Source: an uncultured Planctomycetota bacterium (lineage in GTDB: Bacteria > Planctomycetota > Planctomycetia > Gemmatales > Gemmataceae). Taken from it: a DNA stretch of 64,000 nucleotides. Under the pieces are notes generated by a model, which made no database searches, was not told where the DNA came from, and saw only the letters and a list, made by a program, of their open reading frames with translations. Each line of letters begins with the position of its first letter. Within the stretch, counting starts at the first letter, position 1. The stretch covers positions 32,001-96,000 of the forward strand of contig CAWKHF010000011.1 of NCBI GenBank assembly GCA_963849325.1, read 5' to 3'. Both the position numbers and the translations under genes were made by a program. This document shows, one piece after another, positions 20,547-31,051 of this stretch.

Positions 20547-22238
20547 TCACTCGTCCGTAGTTTGCTTCGTCACCAGGATCGAACCGAGAGCCAGGGCGTC
20601 CAACTCGCTCTTCTTCAGCGTGTCGATGGCCACCTCGGGCGTGCCGACGATGGGATAACCGTGCAGATTGAAGCTCGTGTTGAGGATGCCGCCGACGCCG
20701 GTGCGCTGCCGGAAGGCGCGGATCAGGTCGCGGTAGTTGGGATTCAAGTCGTTGACCACCTGCGGGCGGATGCTCTGGTCGAAGGGGTGCGTCCCGGCCA
20801 TCAGTTTGTCGGCCCCCTCCGGCGTGGTGTCGAACGCCTCGATCATGTAGAAGGCCCACGGGCTAGGCTCGCGGATGTAGCGCGGCACGTCTTCTTCGAG
20901 GACGGACGCGGCGAACGGCATCCAGAAGTCGCGCTGTTTGATGGCGAAGTTCAGCTTGCGGATGACGCGCAGGTCGCGCGGGTCGGCCAAGATGCTGCGG
21001 TTGCCCAGGGCGCGGGGGCCGAGTTCCTCTCGGCCGTCGAACCGAGCCACGATCTTCCCCGCCGCCAGCAGGTCGGCGATTTCCGCCGCCGGGTCGGCCA
21101 TGCGCCGGTAGGGCAAACCGCTGCCGCGTGCCGCCGCCTCCATTTCCGTCTCGGAGAATTCCAGCCCCAGGTACATGTCGCGGGGCAGATCCAGCTGCGG
21201 CGTCCGTCCGCGCCGGCGGCACAGTTCCAGGTGGCCCAGGATGGCCGCTCCCACCGGCGTGCCGCCGTCATCGCTGGCCGGGTAGACGTACAGGGACTCG
21301 ACTTCGGGCATCTCGCGGATCAGCTTGTTCGCCTTGACGTTCAGGAACGCCCCGCCGGCCGCGGCGACCTTGCGCACCCCGGTGGCCGCGATCGCGTTCT
21401 TGACCCACTGGAGCATCATCTCCTCAAACGCCTGCTGGCAGGCGGCGGAGACGTTGTCGAAGCGCTGGAAGAGCAGCTTCTTGTGGAAGTAACGGCGGAT
21501 GCCCGGACCAAAGCGGCCGGTGTGGTTGCGGAACTTCAGCCCGTCCACGCGAAAAGCCCGCCGCATCTCCTCGATACAGTACTGAGGCTGGCCGTAGGGA
21601 GCCATGCCCATCACCTTGTACTCATGCTCGTAAGGCTTCAGGCCGAGTAGGGCGGTGACAGCCGAGTACATCCCGTCCGCCGGACTGTGGTACTTGGGCG
21701 TCTGGGCGATGACATTGATGTCGTGCCCCCGGCCGACGTTGACCGAAGCGCAGATGCCGTCTCCCGCCCCGTCCAGGGTAAGAATGGTGGCCGGGTCGGT
21801 CCACGGTCGATGGTAGTGGGCGGTGGCGGCGTGGCACAGGTGGTGATCGAACGGCAGGAGGGGCTTGTCGGCCAGTCCGTGTTCCGCCAGGCAGCGCAGC
21901 AGGTCGCGCCGCTTGCGGAGCTTGGGCAGCAGCCACCGGCCCAGGTTCGTGGCCCACTCGGCCCGGGCCATCGAGGTGAGGAGATGGAGGACGGGGTAGA
22001 TCGGCTTGTGCCCGCGGGTCGGGAAGGTGGTGCGGATCTTGCTGGACAGGGCGACCAGATCGACGTCCTTGGGGTCGGTCCCGGAGCGCTCGAAGACCGC
22101 CTGGATGGACTGCTCGGGGATGCCGGCGTGATTTTTCGAGTTCAAGCGCCGCTCTTCGCAGCTGCACAAAACAACGCGGCCGTCGCGCAGCAGGCAGACG
22201 CCCGAATCGTGTCCGTCATTGATGCCGAGAACGATCAT
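20547..22238 (-). CDS. Carbamoyltransferase (NodU/CmcH family)
   Basis: LGINDGHDSG, EERR, DHHLCHAA, TLDGAGD, EYKVMGMAPYG, GGAFLNVKAN, GREELGPRALGNRSILADP, LNTSFNLHG. Confidence 0.95.
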   Translation of the reverse strand: MIVLGINDGHDSGVCLLRDGRVVLCSCEERRLNSKNHAGIPEQSIQAVFERSGTDPKDVDLVALSSKIRTTFPTRGHKPIYPVLHLLTSMARAEWATNLGRWLLPKLRKRRDLLRCLAEHGLADKPLLPFDHHLCHAATAHYHRPWTDPATILTLDGAGDGICASVNVGRGHDINVIAQTPKYHSPADGMYSAVTALLGLKPYEHEYKVMGMAPYGQPQYCIEEMRRAFRVDGLKFRNHTGRFGPGIRRYFHKKLLFQRFDNVSAACQQAFEEMMLQWVKNAIAATGVRKVAAAGGAFLNVKANKLIREMPEVESLYVYPASDDGGTPVGAAILGHLELCRRRGRTPQLDLPRDMYLGLEFSETEMEAAARGSGLPYRRMADPAAEIADLLAAGKIVARFDGREELGPRALGNRSILADPRDLRVIRKLNFAIKQRDFWMPFAASVLEEDVPRYIREPSPWAFYMIEAFDTTPEGADKLMAGTHPFDQSIRPQVVNDLNPNYRDLIRAFRQRTGVGGILNTSFNLHGYPIVGTPEVAIDTLKKSELDALALGSILVTKQTTDE

Positions 22239-22303
22239 CAGAAGCTTTCCTTGGAAGGCGGGCGAGGCGACTGGTTTTCTCCACCTCTATTCGCCTCGTA
22301 GTC

Positions 22304-23314
22304 CTAAACATTCTTTCTGTCTTGAGATCCTGCCCGACGTATATCATCAATGACCTGCCGGAAGGCATCGGGGGCCGGCGGCTGGGCTTCCGCCCAGGCG
22401 ACATTCCGGGCGATGTGCTCGGCTTGATGCATGCCGCACAAAACAACGCCGGCCGGGTTGGCGGCGAAGGCATAGCTGAGCAGCAGATGACCGATCCCTT
22501 CCGACGAGCGGACATCGATCCCGGTTTGCTCGGCCCAGTGGATCGCCTGAGCGGGCGCGGCGATCGCTATTCTGGCCAGCCAGTCGAAAATCGATTGGCC
22601 GCCGAAGGGACGATTGGTTATCACTCCTATCCGCTCCTTCCCGTGGAGACCGTCAATCTGGGGATTCAAAAGGTTGTTCTCCAGTTGGACGAGCTTAATC
22701 GCCGGGAACGCCTCGACGATCCGGTTCGCATTCGGGGCATCGCTAGACACCCCGATCCACCGGACCTTGCCATCGAGTACCACTTCTTCCAGGTATCGAA
22801 TCAGTTTCCCGTCGGCGATCTGGTCGTAATGGGGTCCGTGGAGGAACAGGACATCGACAAAATCGGTGCGGAGGGTCTTGAGGCTCGCATGGAGACTTTC
22901 ACGGGCGGTATCGACGTTGAACTGGCCGTACTGCACCTGAGACGACAGGCGTTGCCGGATTTGTCCGCGGACGGCCGCCGTCATCGTTTTCAACCGGAAT
23001 CGGGAGGCCAGCCTGAGGAGGCCACGAGCAAGCGGCTTCAGGAAGTGCCACGGCCGCTTCCGGGGTGGAAGGATGCCGAACTTGGTGATGAGGATTATGC
23101 GATCGCGCCGCCCGCCAGCGAACTCCCCGAGGACAGCCTCGGATTCCCCCCAACCGTAGGACCGGGCGGTGTCGAAGATCGTAATCCCCCGGTCATAGGC
23201 TGCGGCCAAGGCTCGAAGGGACTGCCGGCGACTGACCCGGCCCATCAGGTTAGCGCACCCGAACCCGAGGGCGGAGCAGCGAAGGCCCGTGCCGGCTAGT
23301 TCGACATATCGCAT
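22304..23314 (-). CDS. Aldo/keto reductase
   Basis: LGFGC, GITIFDTARSYGWGESE..LG, LITKFG, SLKTLRTDFVDVLFLH, GKVRWIGVS. Confidence 0.88.
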   Translation of the reverse strand: MRYVELAGTGLRCSALGFGCANLMGRVSRRQSLRALAAAYDRGITIFDTARSYGWGESEAVLGEFAGGRRDRIILITKFGILPPRKRPWHFLKPLARGLLRLASRFRLKTMTAAVRGQIRQRLSSQVQYGQFNVDTARESLHASLKTLRTDFVDVLFLHGPHYDQIADGKLIRYLEEVVLDGKVRWIGVSSDAPNANRIVEAFPAIKLVQLENNLLNPQIDGLHGKERIGVITNRPFGGQSIFDWLARIAIAAPAQAIHWAEQTGIDVRSSEGIGHLLLSYAFAANPAGVVLCGMHQAEHIARNVAWAEAQPPAPDAFRQVIDDIRRAGSQDRKNV

Positions 23315-23349
23315 CAACTGTCACCCCCCGATAGTCTGTGGCTCTTCCG

Positions 23350-24198
23350 TCAGTGGTACCGAATTTGTAACATCAACCGATCGCCGCTTTGCGGCGCTAG
23401 GGCCTTATGATAGCACGACGTATCCTCAATGAAACCAGCCCCCGCCTTCCCTTCCAGGCAGATTACCTTCTCTTTGCCATAATACTTTTCAATCGCCGTG
23501 TCGGTTTGACGGGCCGAACCGAGCAGCCAGCGCAGCGGTTTGGACCAGTGCGATCCGAGGACCATGACATGGGCCCCAGACTTCATGTCCGTATCGGTGA
23601 GGTAGATATGCACGTAGCAGAAGTTGTAATCGTGAACGTCGAAGTGATAATCGATTGTCTGGTAGAGGCGGCGGCGCTCGTCGTCAGCCGCTTCTCCAGC
23701 AAAACTCCAATACAGCCGGATGTCAGCAGAGCAAGGAACGTACCCGAGATAGTTGGCTACAATCGATCGAAGCACCGGATCATCCCGAACCTGACAAACG
23801 GCCTGACACGCGGTCGGATTCTGGCAATGGCCGAGGGCCGCGAAGGTCCCATCCGCAAGGCGTCCGCTCTTCACATCCGTGTAATGGAAGAGTGTGTTAA
23901 TCCCAGCTACCTCGCATTCGGCTTGGCGGGCGAAATGGCTGATTTTCTCTATCATTGAGGGTGGAAGTACAATGCATTGGGTTAGAGCATTCTTTTGCAA
24001 TTCCGCGACTGCGAGTCTGATGTCCGTGCAGACGATCTCGGAGACGGGTAATCCCTCCACCGGTGGAAGCGGCCTGCCGCCAAGTCTATTCCGGAGGCGC
24101 ATCCATCGGGAAAACAACCAACGCACGAAGTAGAAACGACCCAAGATGTAACTAGGCGGTGTTCGAAACACTTTGCCGGATTTCTGCAAGACTCCCAT
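23350..24198 (-). CDS. Putative Fe(II)/2-oxoglutarate oxygenase (PhyH-like)
   Basis: YHFD (HxD), IYLTD..SGAHVMVLGSH, GKAGAGFIEDTSCYHKA (distal His), RLMLQ. Confidence 0.65.
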   Translation of the reverse strand: MGVLQKSGKVFRTPPSYILGRFYFVRWLFSRWMRLRNRLGGRPLPPVEGLPVSEIVCTDIRLAVAELQKNALTQCIVLPPSMIEKISHFARQAECEVAGINTLFHYTDVKSGRLADGTFAALGHCQNPTACQAVCQVRDDPVLRSIVANYLGYVPCSADIRLYWSFAGEAADDERRRLYQTIDYHFDVHDYNFCYVHIYLTDTDMKSGAHVMVLGSHWSKPLRWLLGSARQTDTAIEKYYGKEKVICLEGKAGAGFIEDTSCYHKALAPQSGDRLMLQIRYH

Positions 24199-24239
24199 AT
24201 ACTTTCTCCACCAAGTTCGTTATCGGCGAGGATGGGTCG

Positions 24240-24974
24240 TTATCGCCTCCCCATGACGTGCGAAAAGTCCAGCCAGTGTGTCGTAAAGCCGGCTCCAGTG
24301 AGTAAATCCACGATCTGCCTGCCGCCATCCTTCACCCCTTTTGATTCGAGCAACCCGAAGTGGACCTCGACGAAGACGCTCCGGAGCGCGGGGGCCGCAA
24401 GGATGACGCGGCGCATGCCCCGGAGCACTTCGACCTCGAAGCCCTCAACGTCCACCTTGATGACGGTCGGGAGCTGCCCCAATTGCTCCAGCAGAGCATC
24501 ACCTGTTGTGACAGCGACGCAGATCCCGTCCGTGGGGTCCGTGCAGAGGCGGTTGGTAGTCGCCGTGAGGCCATCAATGTGAAGGAACGCCTCTCCTGGC
24601 GCGTCCGACAGCGCAACCTCGACGACGACGAGATTCTGGTAGCCGTGACGAGCGATCAGGTCGCGGCAGCGCTGTGCGCTACCTGGGGTGGGTTCGATCG
24701 CCACGACACTCCCCCCAGCGCCGACGGCGTCAGCAAAGAGTTTCGTGTACTCGCCCACGTTGGCTCCAACGTCCCGAACCACGTCGCCGGACTTAACCTC
24801 TGCTAACAGAGCCTCTTGAAATTGGCTCTCATATTTCCGGACCACGAGGTGCCAGACCTTGCCGAGCAGCCAGCGCCCGCCTGGACTGCCGCGCAGCTTC
24901 GCTCGCAGACGAGTCGCGGGACGATTACCGCAAACGGTGGCCAGGGTAGATAAGATCGCATTACGGAGAGGCAT
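24240..24974 (-). CDS. FkbM family methyltransferase
   Basis: DVGANVGEYT, IEP, IKVDVEGFEVEVLRG. Confidence 0.9.
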   Translation of the reverse strand: MPLRNAILSTLATVCGNRPATRLRAKLRGSPGGRWLLGKVWHLVVRKYESQFQEALLAEVKSGDVVRDVGANVGEYTKLFADAVGAGGSVVAIEPTPGSAQRCRDLIARHGYQNLVVVEVALSDAPGEAFLHIDGLTATTNRLCTDPTDGICVAVTTGDALLEQLGQLPTVIKVDVEGFEVEVLRGMRRVILAAPALRSVFVEVHFGLLESKGVKDGGRQIVDLLTGAGFTTHWLDFSHVMGRR

Positions 24975-24988
24975 GGCACAAACTCCTC

Positions 24989-25064
24989 GCGGTGGTCGAG
25001 CGGGGTTGCGTCAGCGCCCCGAGGGGTGTTCTCGGGCGCTGACGCAACCCCGCTCGATCACCGC
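24989..25064. repeat. REP-like palindrome, family A (31-bp arms, 1 mismatch)
   Basis: GCGGTGGTCGAGCGGGGTTGCGTCAGCGCCC with near-exact reverse complement at 25034-25064; shares the GAGCGGGG..GCGTCAGC core with 692-754. Confidence 0.85.
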
Positions 25065-25995
25065 CACTGAGTGTCGCTCACTTCAAGGTAGACTGCGGAC
25101 GGGAAATGTCCGGGGAGGGTGGTCAGCCCGTCGACATTTCCGCGGGGGCGGTAGTTGGGCAACAACGCCGCGAGTTCGGTCGGCCGCCCATAATGGAGCA
25201 TCGACAGGGACGCGGTTAGCCGGAACCGCGCGTTCGCGCCAGGAAAGCGTGCAACAGGGTGGATTCGTGGTTGAAGAACAAGGCGGTTGACAGCAGATCG
25301 CCGGGGTAGTCATAGGGAAAGTAGATGTCGTGGAAGTGGACCCGGACCCCAGCGTTCAGCCGCGGCAGCATTTCCAGCACGATCCGCGTGACCTCTCCGG
25401 CCGGCCCCAGGGCGTGGCTGGAGTCCACGAAGAACAGGTCTCCAGCTTCCAGCGGTCCCAAAAAGGAATAATCGAGGTTCTCCACCTTCTCTTGGATAAG
25501 AGTGATCGCCTTGGCGGCGCTCGTCTTGGTTAGAAACGGCGTCGGATACGGTTCGATGCAGACGATCTCGGGAGTATACCCCGCCTCCTGGGCCGCCATC
25601 AGGCAGATGGCCGTCGATACCCCACAACCGATCTGAACGATCCGCTGGGGGCGAAGGGTCGAGATGAAGGCGAACAGAAAGTCCGCCTCGATCGGCCCGT
25701 ACCCTTCCTCGCCATTGCGACCACACGCCTCCCGATGGACGTCGCCGCAGGCCAACCGCTCGAGCAAGGGCGGCGGAACGACCGACCGGACGAAGGCGAG
25801 CTGTGCGTCGAGATCGGTCCCCGCCACTCCGATCATCGAATACGGCTTCTTCCAGCAGTTGGTCCGTTTGAGGTTTCCCATGTCCGGGATTTCGGAATAG
25901 AAATGCCGCGGGAGGACATCGAACCCGAATCGCTGGCCGATGTGAAAAAGCTTCACCAGCAGTAACTTGGACGCATTCTTCAGACGGCGCATCAT
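25058..25995 (-). CDS. Class I SAM-dependent methyltransferase (Methyltransf_24-like); frameshift near 25235
   Basis: IVQIGCGVST, CIEPYP, LFFVDSSH, VHFHDIYFPYDYP; the C-terminus continues in a shifted frame to TGA at 25058. Confidence 0.82.
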
Positions 25996-26001
25996 GCCCG
26001 T

Positions 26002-27186
26002 TCATCCTTCCTTCGTCGCGCGGTCGCGGGTGCAGAGGTCATAAACATCGGCAATTCGCGCGGCGATGGCCGGCCAGGCTAATTGTTGCTGCGCGTAGAG
26101 GCGGCCGCGTTGCCCCATCTCTTGCCGTTGGGCCGGAGCGGCGAGCAATTCTCCCATCGCCGCGGCCAGCGCGGCCACGTCGAGCGGGACGACACGACCG
26201 GCACCGGCGGCCGTGACGTGCTCGCATGACTGAACCGCGTCCGAGACGAGGACCGCCACGCCGCGAGCCATCGCCTCCGCCACCACGATGCCAAAGTTCT
26301 CCGACCGGCTCGGCAGCACGAACAGGTCGGCACCGTCCAGCAAGGCCCAGCGCTCGGAGGAGCTGACTGGTCCCAGGAGGGCCACCCGATCACCCAACCC
26401 GAGCCGCTCGACGGCCTGGCGCACCTCGTCGGCGTATCCGGGGGCGTGTTCGTCGGGACCGCCGGCCACGGCCAGAAAGATCTCCTCGCGCAGGTTCACC
26501 AGGGCCGGCAAGAGCAGATCGACCAGCCCTTTCTTCGGATGCAGGCGCGACAGGAACAGTACGATGGGCCGGTCGCCAACGGCCGGGCCGCAACGCTGTC
26601 GCAACACCTCCGGACGCCGTTCCTGTTCCCAGGCCGCGGGATCGACGCCCAGGGGGATGGCCGTCGTGTCACCCGGCAGTCCCAGCCGGCGAACCTCGTC
26701 GGCTTCTTCCTGGCTCGTCGTATGGAAGCAACGGACGGCGGTGAGGTTGCGTCGTTCGACCAGGCGCCAGTACAAGGCTTTTTTCCAAGCGGAGCGCCGC
26801 CGCGTATAGTCGGACAACATGCCGCACGGCCGCAGGACCACGGGCCGACCCGCCCGCCGAGCGGCCCGGCAAGCCGCCCCGATCGGATAGTTCCAAACCG
26901 AGTGAACGTGAAGCAGGTCGTAATCTTGGGCGTGCCTTCCGAGCCAGGCGCCGAGGTCGCGCGAGTACTTCCATTGCTCGGAGAAGCCACGACGGAACAG
27001 ATGGGTCACAACGCCCGGCGGCAAGGATTGTGGATCGAATCGCCTACCTGGCCCGTCGGCGTCCGTGGTCGCCACCTCCGCCGAGACATCGGCCAATCGG
27101 TTCAGCGCGGCGACCATCGGCCAGATGGCCGTGCTCGGCCCGCCATACCGCGGCGCCACTCCGGGGATCACGTGGAGGACACGCAT
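26002..27186 (-). CDS. Glycosyltransferase family 4
   Basis: MRVLHVIP...YGGP, FLSRLHPKKG, LPSRSENFGIVVAEAMA. Confidence 0.95.
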   Translation of the reverse strand: MRVLHVIPGVAPRYGGPSTAIWPMVAALNRLADVSAEVATTDADGPGRRFDPQSLPPGVVTHLFRRGFSEQWKYSRDLGAWLGRHAQDYDLLHVHSVWNYPIGAACRAARRAGRPVVLRPCGMLSDYTRRRSAWKKALYWRLVERRNLTAVRCFHTTSQEEADEVRRLGLPGDTTAIPLGVDPAAWEQERRPEVLRQRCGPAVGDRPIVLFLSRLHPKKGLVDLLLPALVNLREEIFLAVAGGPDEHAPGYADEVRQAVERLGLGDRVALLGPVSSSERWALLDGADLFVLPSRSENFGIVVAEAMARGVAVLVSDAVQSCEHVTAAGAGRVVPLDVAALAAAMGELLAAPAQRQEMGQRGRLYAQQQLAWPAIAARIADVYDLCTRDRATKEG

Positions 27187-27246
27187 GGAAACGCATACCT
27201 ATCCGGCCGCTCGGCCAGGGGCAAAAGAATCAGTTGATTCTTCACC

Positions 27247-27978
27247 TCATTTGATACCCAGAAGAGCTATATGACCGGCGGACCTATATGGATTAACACC
27301 ACCGGAGACGGTGTTGAGGACGTGAATACTTTTGCAAACTCTCCTAATCTGGTTGTAATTGTTGTACACCGAATAGGAATAGGCGAGGCCGTCTCCTTCG
27401 GTAAGGCTATAGCCCCGACCCTTCGTCTTAATGAAATCGGCAACTTTCCAAAGACCCAAGGAGTATAATAATTGTTTGAGTGATCGGGCTACAATTGAAC
27501 CTTGCCCAAAATTATTTGAATCAGAAATAAAAATTGCCTTTCGGGCCACTCGCAGCATCTCCGCCACTGCCAACTCCGGCCTTTTGATGTGGTGTAGCAC
27601 ACCGAATTCACACACTACGTCAAATTGATTGTCTTTGAACTGAAGATGTGTCGCATCCCCGTCAATGAGATCGGTAGAAGACAATCCATTTGCGTAACCA
27701 ACATCTCTTAATTCCTTGACGGGCTCGACGCCGACGAGATACACATCGGGTCTCCGGTTCTTTATGTACTTCAAAGCCCGTCCCGTACCGGACCCAATGT
27801 CAAGGACTGATTTTCCCTCAATGTAGTCAAGCGATGAAAGTAAAAAAGAAAGGGAAAAATAGTGCTCATCCTTCTCATGGACGTGCATTTGATTATACTG
27901 GTTAGCCGTCTCTCGGTAATACTGACGTTGAATCTCAACGTCTCTGTCAAGCGGTTCTTCCATAATTGATGTCCCCAA
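27247..27978 (-). CDS. Class I SAM-dependent methyltransferase (AT-rich gene)
   Basis: VLDIGSGTG, GVEP, GDATHLQFKDNQFDVV, LHHI..P..AVAEMLRV. Confidence 0.9.
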   Translation of the reverse strand: MGTSIMEEPLDRDVEIQRQYYRETANQYNQMHVHEKDEHYFSLSFLLSSLDYIEGKSVLDIGSGTGRALKYIKNRRPDVYLVGVEPVKELRDVGYANGLSSTDLIDGDATHLQFKDNQFDVVCEFGVLHHIKRPELAVAEMLRVARKAIFISDSNNFGQGSIVARSLKQLLYSLGLWKVADFIKTKGRGYSLTEGDGLAYSYSVYNNYNQIRRVCKSIHVLNTVSGGVNPYRSAGHIALLGIK

Positions 27979-28083
27979 CTACGAAATGATCTGCGACACG
28001 GACTGGGAAGTCGCTTTGAACAGCGCTCCCCGGAGAGTACCAGTTCTGGGTTTCTCCGCGGTTAGGTTTTTATATCCGAGTGG

Positions 28084-29992
28084 CTAACTTGCGGCCCCAA
28101 ACCTTTGCGTGAACTCTCCCAGCACCACCAGGGCAAACGCCCGCGTCCACATCGGCGAATCCGGCTCCGCCAGGAACCCCCGCCAGAACCGCGTCCACGC
28201 CGGTCGGAATCAGCAACCCCGTATCCTTCACCGCGGACAACGCCCGCTCACATCGGGGTCGCAGCGACCCAGCCATCCACCGCGAGATTGGCAAGGTGAA
28301 CCCGCGCTTCGGCTGATTCAGGATAGTGGGCCGAAGCAGGTCCGAGAACGCCTTGCGGAGCAGATACTTGCCGGGGACTCCTGGCGGCAGCCGAACCGAC
28401 CCCGGCAAGGCGTGAGCCAGGTCCAGCACGCGCTGGGCCAGGAACGGGACGCGGATCTCCAGTCCGAATGCCATCCCGTTCACGTCGGCGTCCCGGAGCA
28501 GCATGTTCCCCTGGTAGCAGCGGAACTCGAGTTGGGACACCACCCGCACCGGGTCGGCCTCGTCCGCGTCCACATCTGGGGCCGCCTCCGGGGGGAGAAA
28601 ATCCGGCCCCAGATCGAGGCCGGCGGCGGTTATACCCAGGGCCGCGAGTTGCCGGTCGGACATGGCCCGACGGCGGTGCAGGTACAGGGATCGAATCGAA
28701 CCATCGCTGCCGAGCATGTCCGTCAGCTTGGCCCGAACCGGACGCGAGCGACCGATTCCGGCGACCCCGCCCAGACCGCGCCGCACACCAGCCGGCAACC
28801 TCCGAACCAACCGCGTGAGCCGCCGCAGTCGGGGCACGTCCCGAAAGCTCGGGTATCCGCCGAACAACTCGTCCGCGCCTAGACCGCTCAGGGCTACCTT
28901 GATGCCGCGCTGCCGAACGGCCCGTGAGATGACGAACACATTTAGCCCGTCGAACGACGGCTGGTCGAGGGCCGCCAACCAGTCGCCCACCGCGCTCTCG
29001 GCTTCCGCCATCGGCAGCGGGACCTCGGTGTGGGACAGGCCGAACAGGTCGGCCGTCTCCGCCGCCAGTCGTTGCTCGCTGAAGTTCGGCTGATCGGCGA
29101 AGACGACGGTGAAACTTCGTAGGCTCGGAGTGTGCCTGGCGGCCAGTCCGGCCAGGATCGTGCTGTCCAACCCGGACGACAGAAACAGCCCCACCGGCAC
29201 GTCCGAGATCAGATGGTCCTTCACCGCCGCGTCCAGTGTGTCCCGGATGGCGGCAACCGCGTCCGCCTCGGTGATCTCCCGCTCCGGTCCCGGCAACTGC
29301 CAGAATGCCTTGGGAGTCCCTGCCTTCTTCCACCGCCCGTCCTCGCCAACCTGGATCGTCAGACACGTCCCCGGAGCGAGCGATGTAATGCCGTCGAACA
29401 GCGTCAAGGGGTGCTGAACGGCCCCGTAAGCCAGAAACCCGGCAACTCCGCGAGGGTCGAACCTCGCCCGCACCACCCCGGCGGCCAGCAGCGCCCGCAC
29501 CTCGCTGGCAAACACCAGGGCGTCGGCGCTCTCGGCCAGGTACAGCGGCTTGATCCCGGCCGGATCACGCGCGAGAAGCACGGTCGCGGTTCGCGGGTCA
29601 AAAAAGGCGAAGGCGTACATTCCCTCCAGTCGCGGCAGGTACGATCGTCCGTACCGAGTGAGCCCAGCGAGAAGGACTTCCGTGTCGCTGCCGCCGCGGA
29701 ATCTCTCGCCGTCTTGTTCCAGGTCCGTCCGAAGCCGTTGAAAGTTGTAAATTTCACCGTTATAGATGATCTTGGCCCCCGTCGGGACGTGGGTCATCGG
29801 TTGGTGACCCAACGGCGACAGGTCAAGGATTGACAAACGACGTTGCCCCAGGCCGAGCCATCCTCTTCCAAATGGCACAACCTCCTCTCCCTGGTCATCC
29901 GGTCCTCGATGGGCGAGGGCTGCCGCTGCGAGCGCCAGGGCGTGGCGGGCAAGTTGCGGATCCCGGTGGATTAGTCCAGCGATGCCACACAT
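28084..29992 (-). CDS. asnB: Asparagine synthase-like glutamine amidotransferase; likely frameshift near 28190
   Basis: MCGIAG, HRGPD, RRLSILDL, NGEIYN, ARDPAGIKPLY, FLSSGLDS, LSGLGADELFGGY, EIRVPF, KRGF. Confidence 0.93.
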
Positions 29993-30033
29993 GGGTCAAG
30001 AAAGGATCGTCTGTGGAGCGCGTAACAACGAGC

Positions 30034-30945
30034 CTAGAAAGGCTGTCGCGCTCGGAGGAAGAGAAAGCTGCCACGCTGAGCCTGCCTTCGCCGCAGCCAT
30101 GCCTCGGACATCAGCCACAGGGCCAAGCGACGGAGATGCCGAGGGAGGGGGAGGGCGTCCGATTCCTGGCCGCAAACCTCACAGGAGACATCGACAAAGA
30201 ATGCCCGAAACAAGTCCTCGAACTGGTCCTTGGCATAGTGTCGGGCCGAAAAACCGTCGGTACTGTGGTGTAAAGTCTGGTCGAAGCTGCCGCGAAGAAA
30301 GCCGCCTTTGAGAAGGTGGTCCTTGAGGAAGGCGACCCGGGCTGCCATCCCGTCGCGGTTATAGACCATCACCCGGCATTCCCCCTCTGGTCGAAGCGTC
30401 CGGGACATTTCGCGGACGATCTTGGCGGTTCGCGAGGAGTGATGAATAACTCCCCAGGACCAAATCAAATCGAAGTGTTTATCGGGATAGGGCAATTCTT
30501 CCGCATCTCCTTGACGGACGTCCGCCATTAACCCTTTCAGACGCAGCCGCGCGGTTGTCGCTTCCACCGACGTTGGGGACAGGTCCAGAGCCGTCACCTG
30601 GGCCCCTGCTCGAGTCATAAGTTCGGTGTGAAGACCCATCCCGCACCCAATCTCCAAAACCTTTCTACCGTGAAGGGCTGAGAATGGAATAATCCGGTCA
30701 AACGGCTCCACGTCGGTACTGTACAGTCGGGCGGAATGGATGAATCGGCGATCCAACTCATCGAACCATGATAGACTAAACCGCTCTTGGTTTATTTTGT
30801 CCTTCCAATCATAAGACATTGTGTTGCCGGTCCACCAGGTTCGGTTGCCCGTCTGGATGGACTCGAAGGGAGTGGAGTCCATGCGGTGATCGACCGTCCC
30901 TCCTTCGTCGGTAGGAAGGCGATTGCTGGAGAGCGTCGGGTCCAT
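30034..30945 (-). CDS. Class I SAM-dependent methyltransferase
   Basis: VLEIGCGMG, GDAEELPYPDKHFDLIWSWGVIHH, LRPEG. Start uncertain (30945, or a later Met). Confidence 0.9.
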   Translation of the reverse strand: MDPTLSSNRLPTDEGGTVDHRMDSTPFESIQTGNRTWWTGNTMSYDWKDKINQERFSLSWFDELDRRFIHSARLYSTDVEPFDRIIPFSALHGRKVLEIGCGMGLHTELMTRAGAQVTALDLSPTSVEATTARLRLKGLMADVRQGDAEELPYPDKHFDLIWSWGVIHHSSRTAKIVREMSRTLRPEGECRVMVYNRDGMAARVAFLKDHLLKGGFLRGSFDQTLHHSTDGFSARHYAKDQFEDLFRAFFVDVSCEVCGQESDALPLPRHLRRLALWLMSEAWLRRRQAQRGSFLFLRARQPF

Positions 30946-31051
30946 AGGTGCCTCGTTTCCGGCTGCGGCAGATCCTGACCGGCCGTGGATGGTTGGTGAG
31001 AAAATGGAATCGTTCGAGATCTTTTCAACTTGAGGTCGGAAGCAACAGAGT

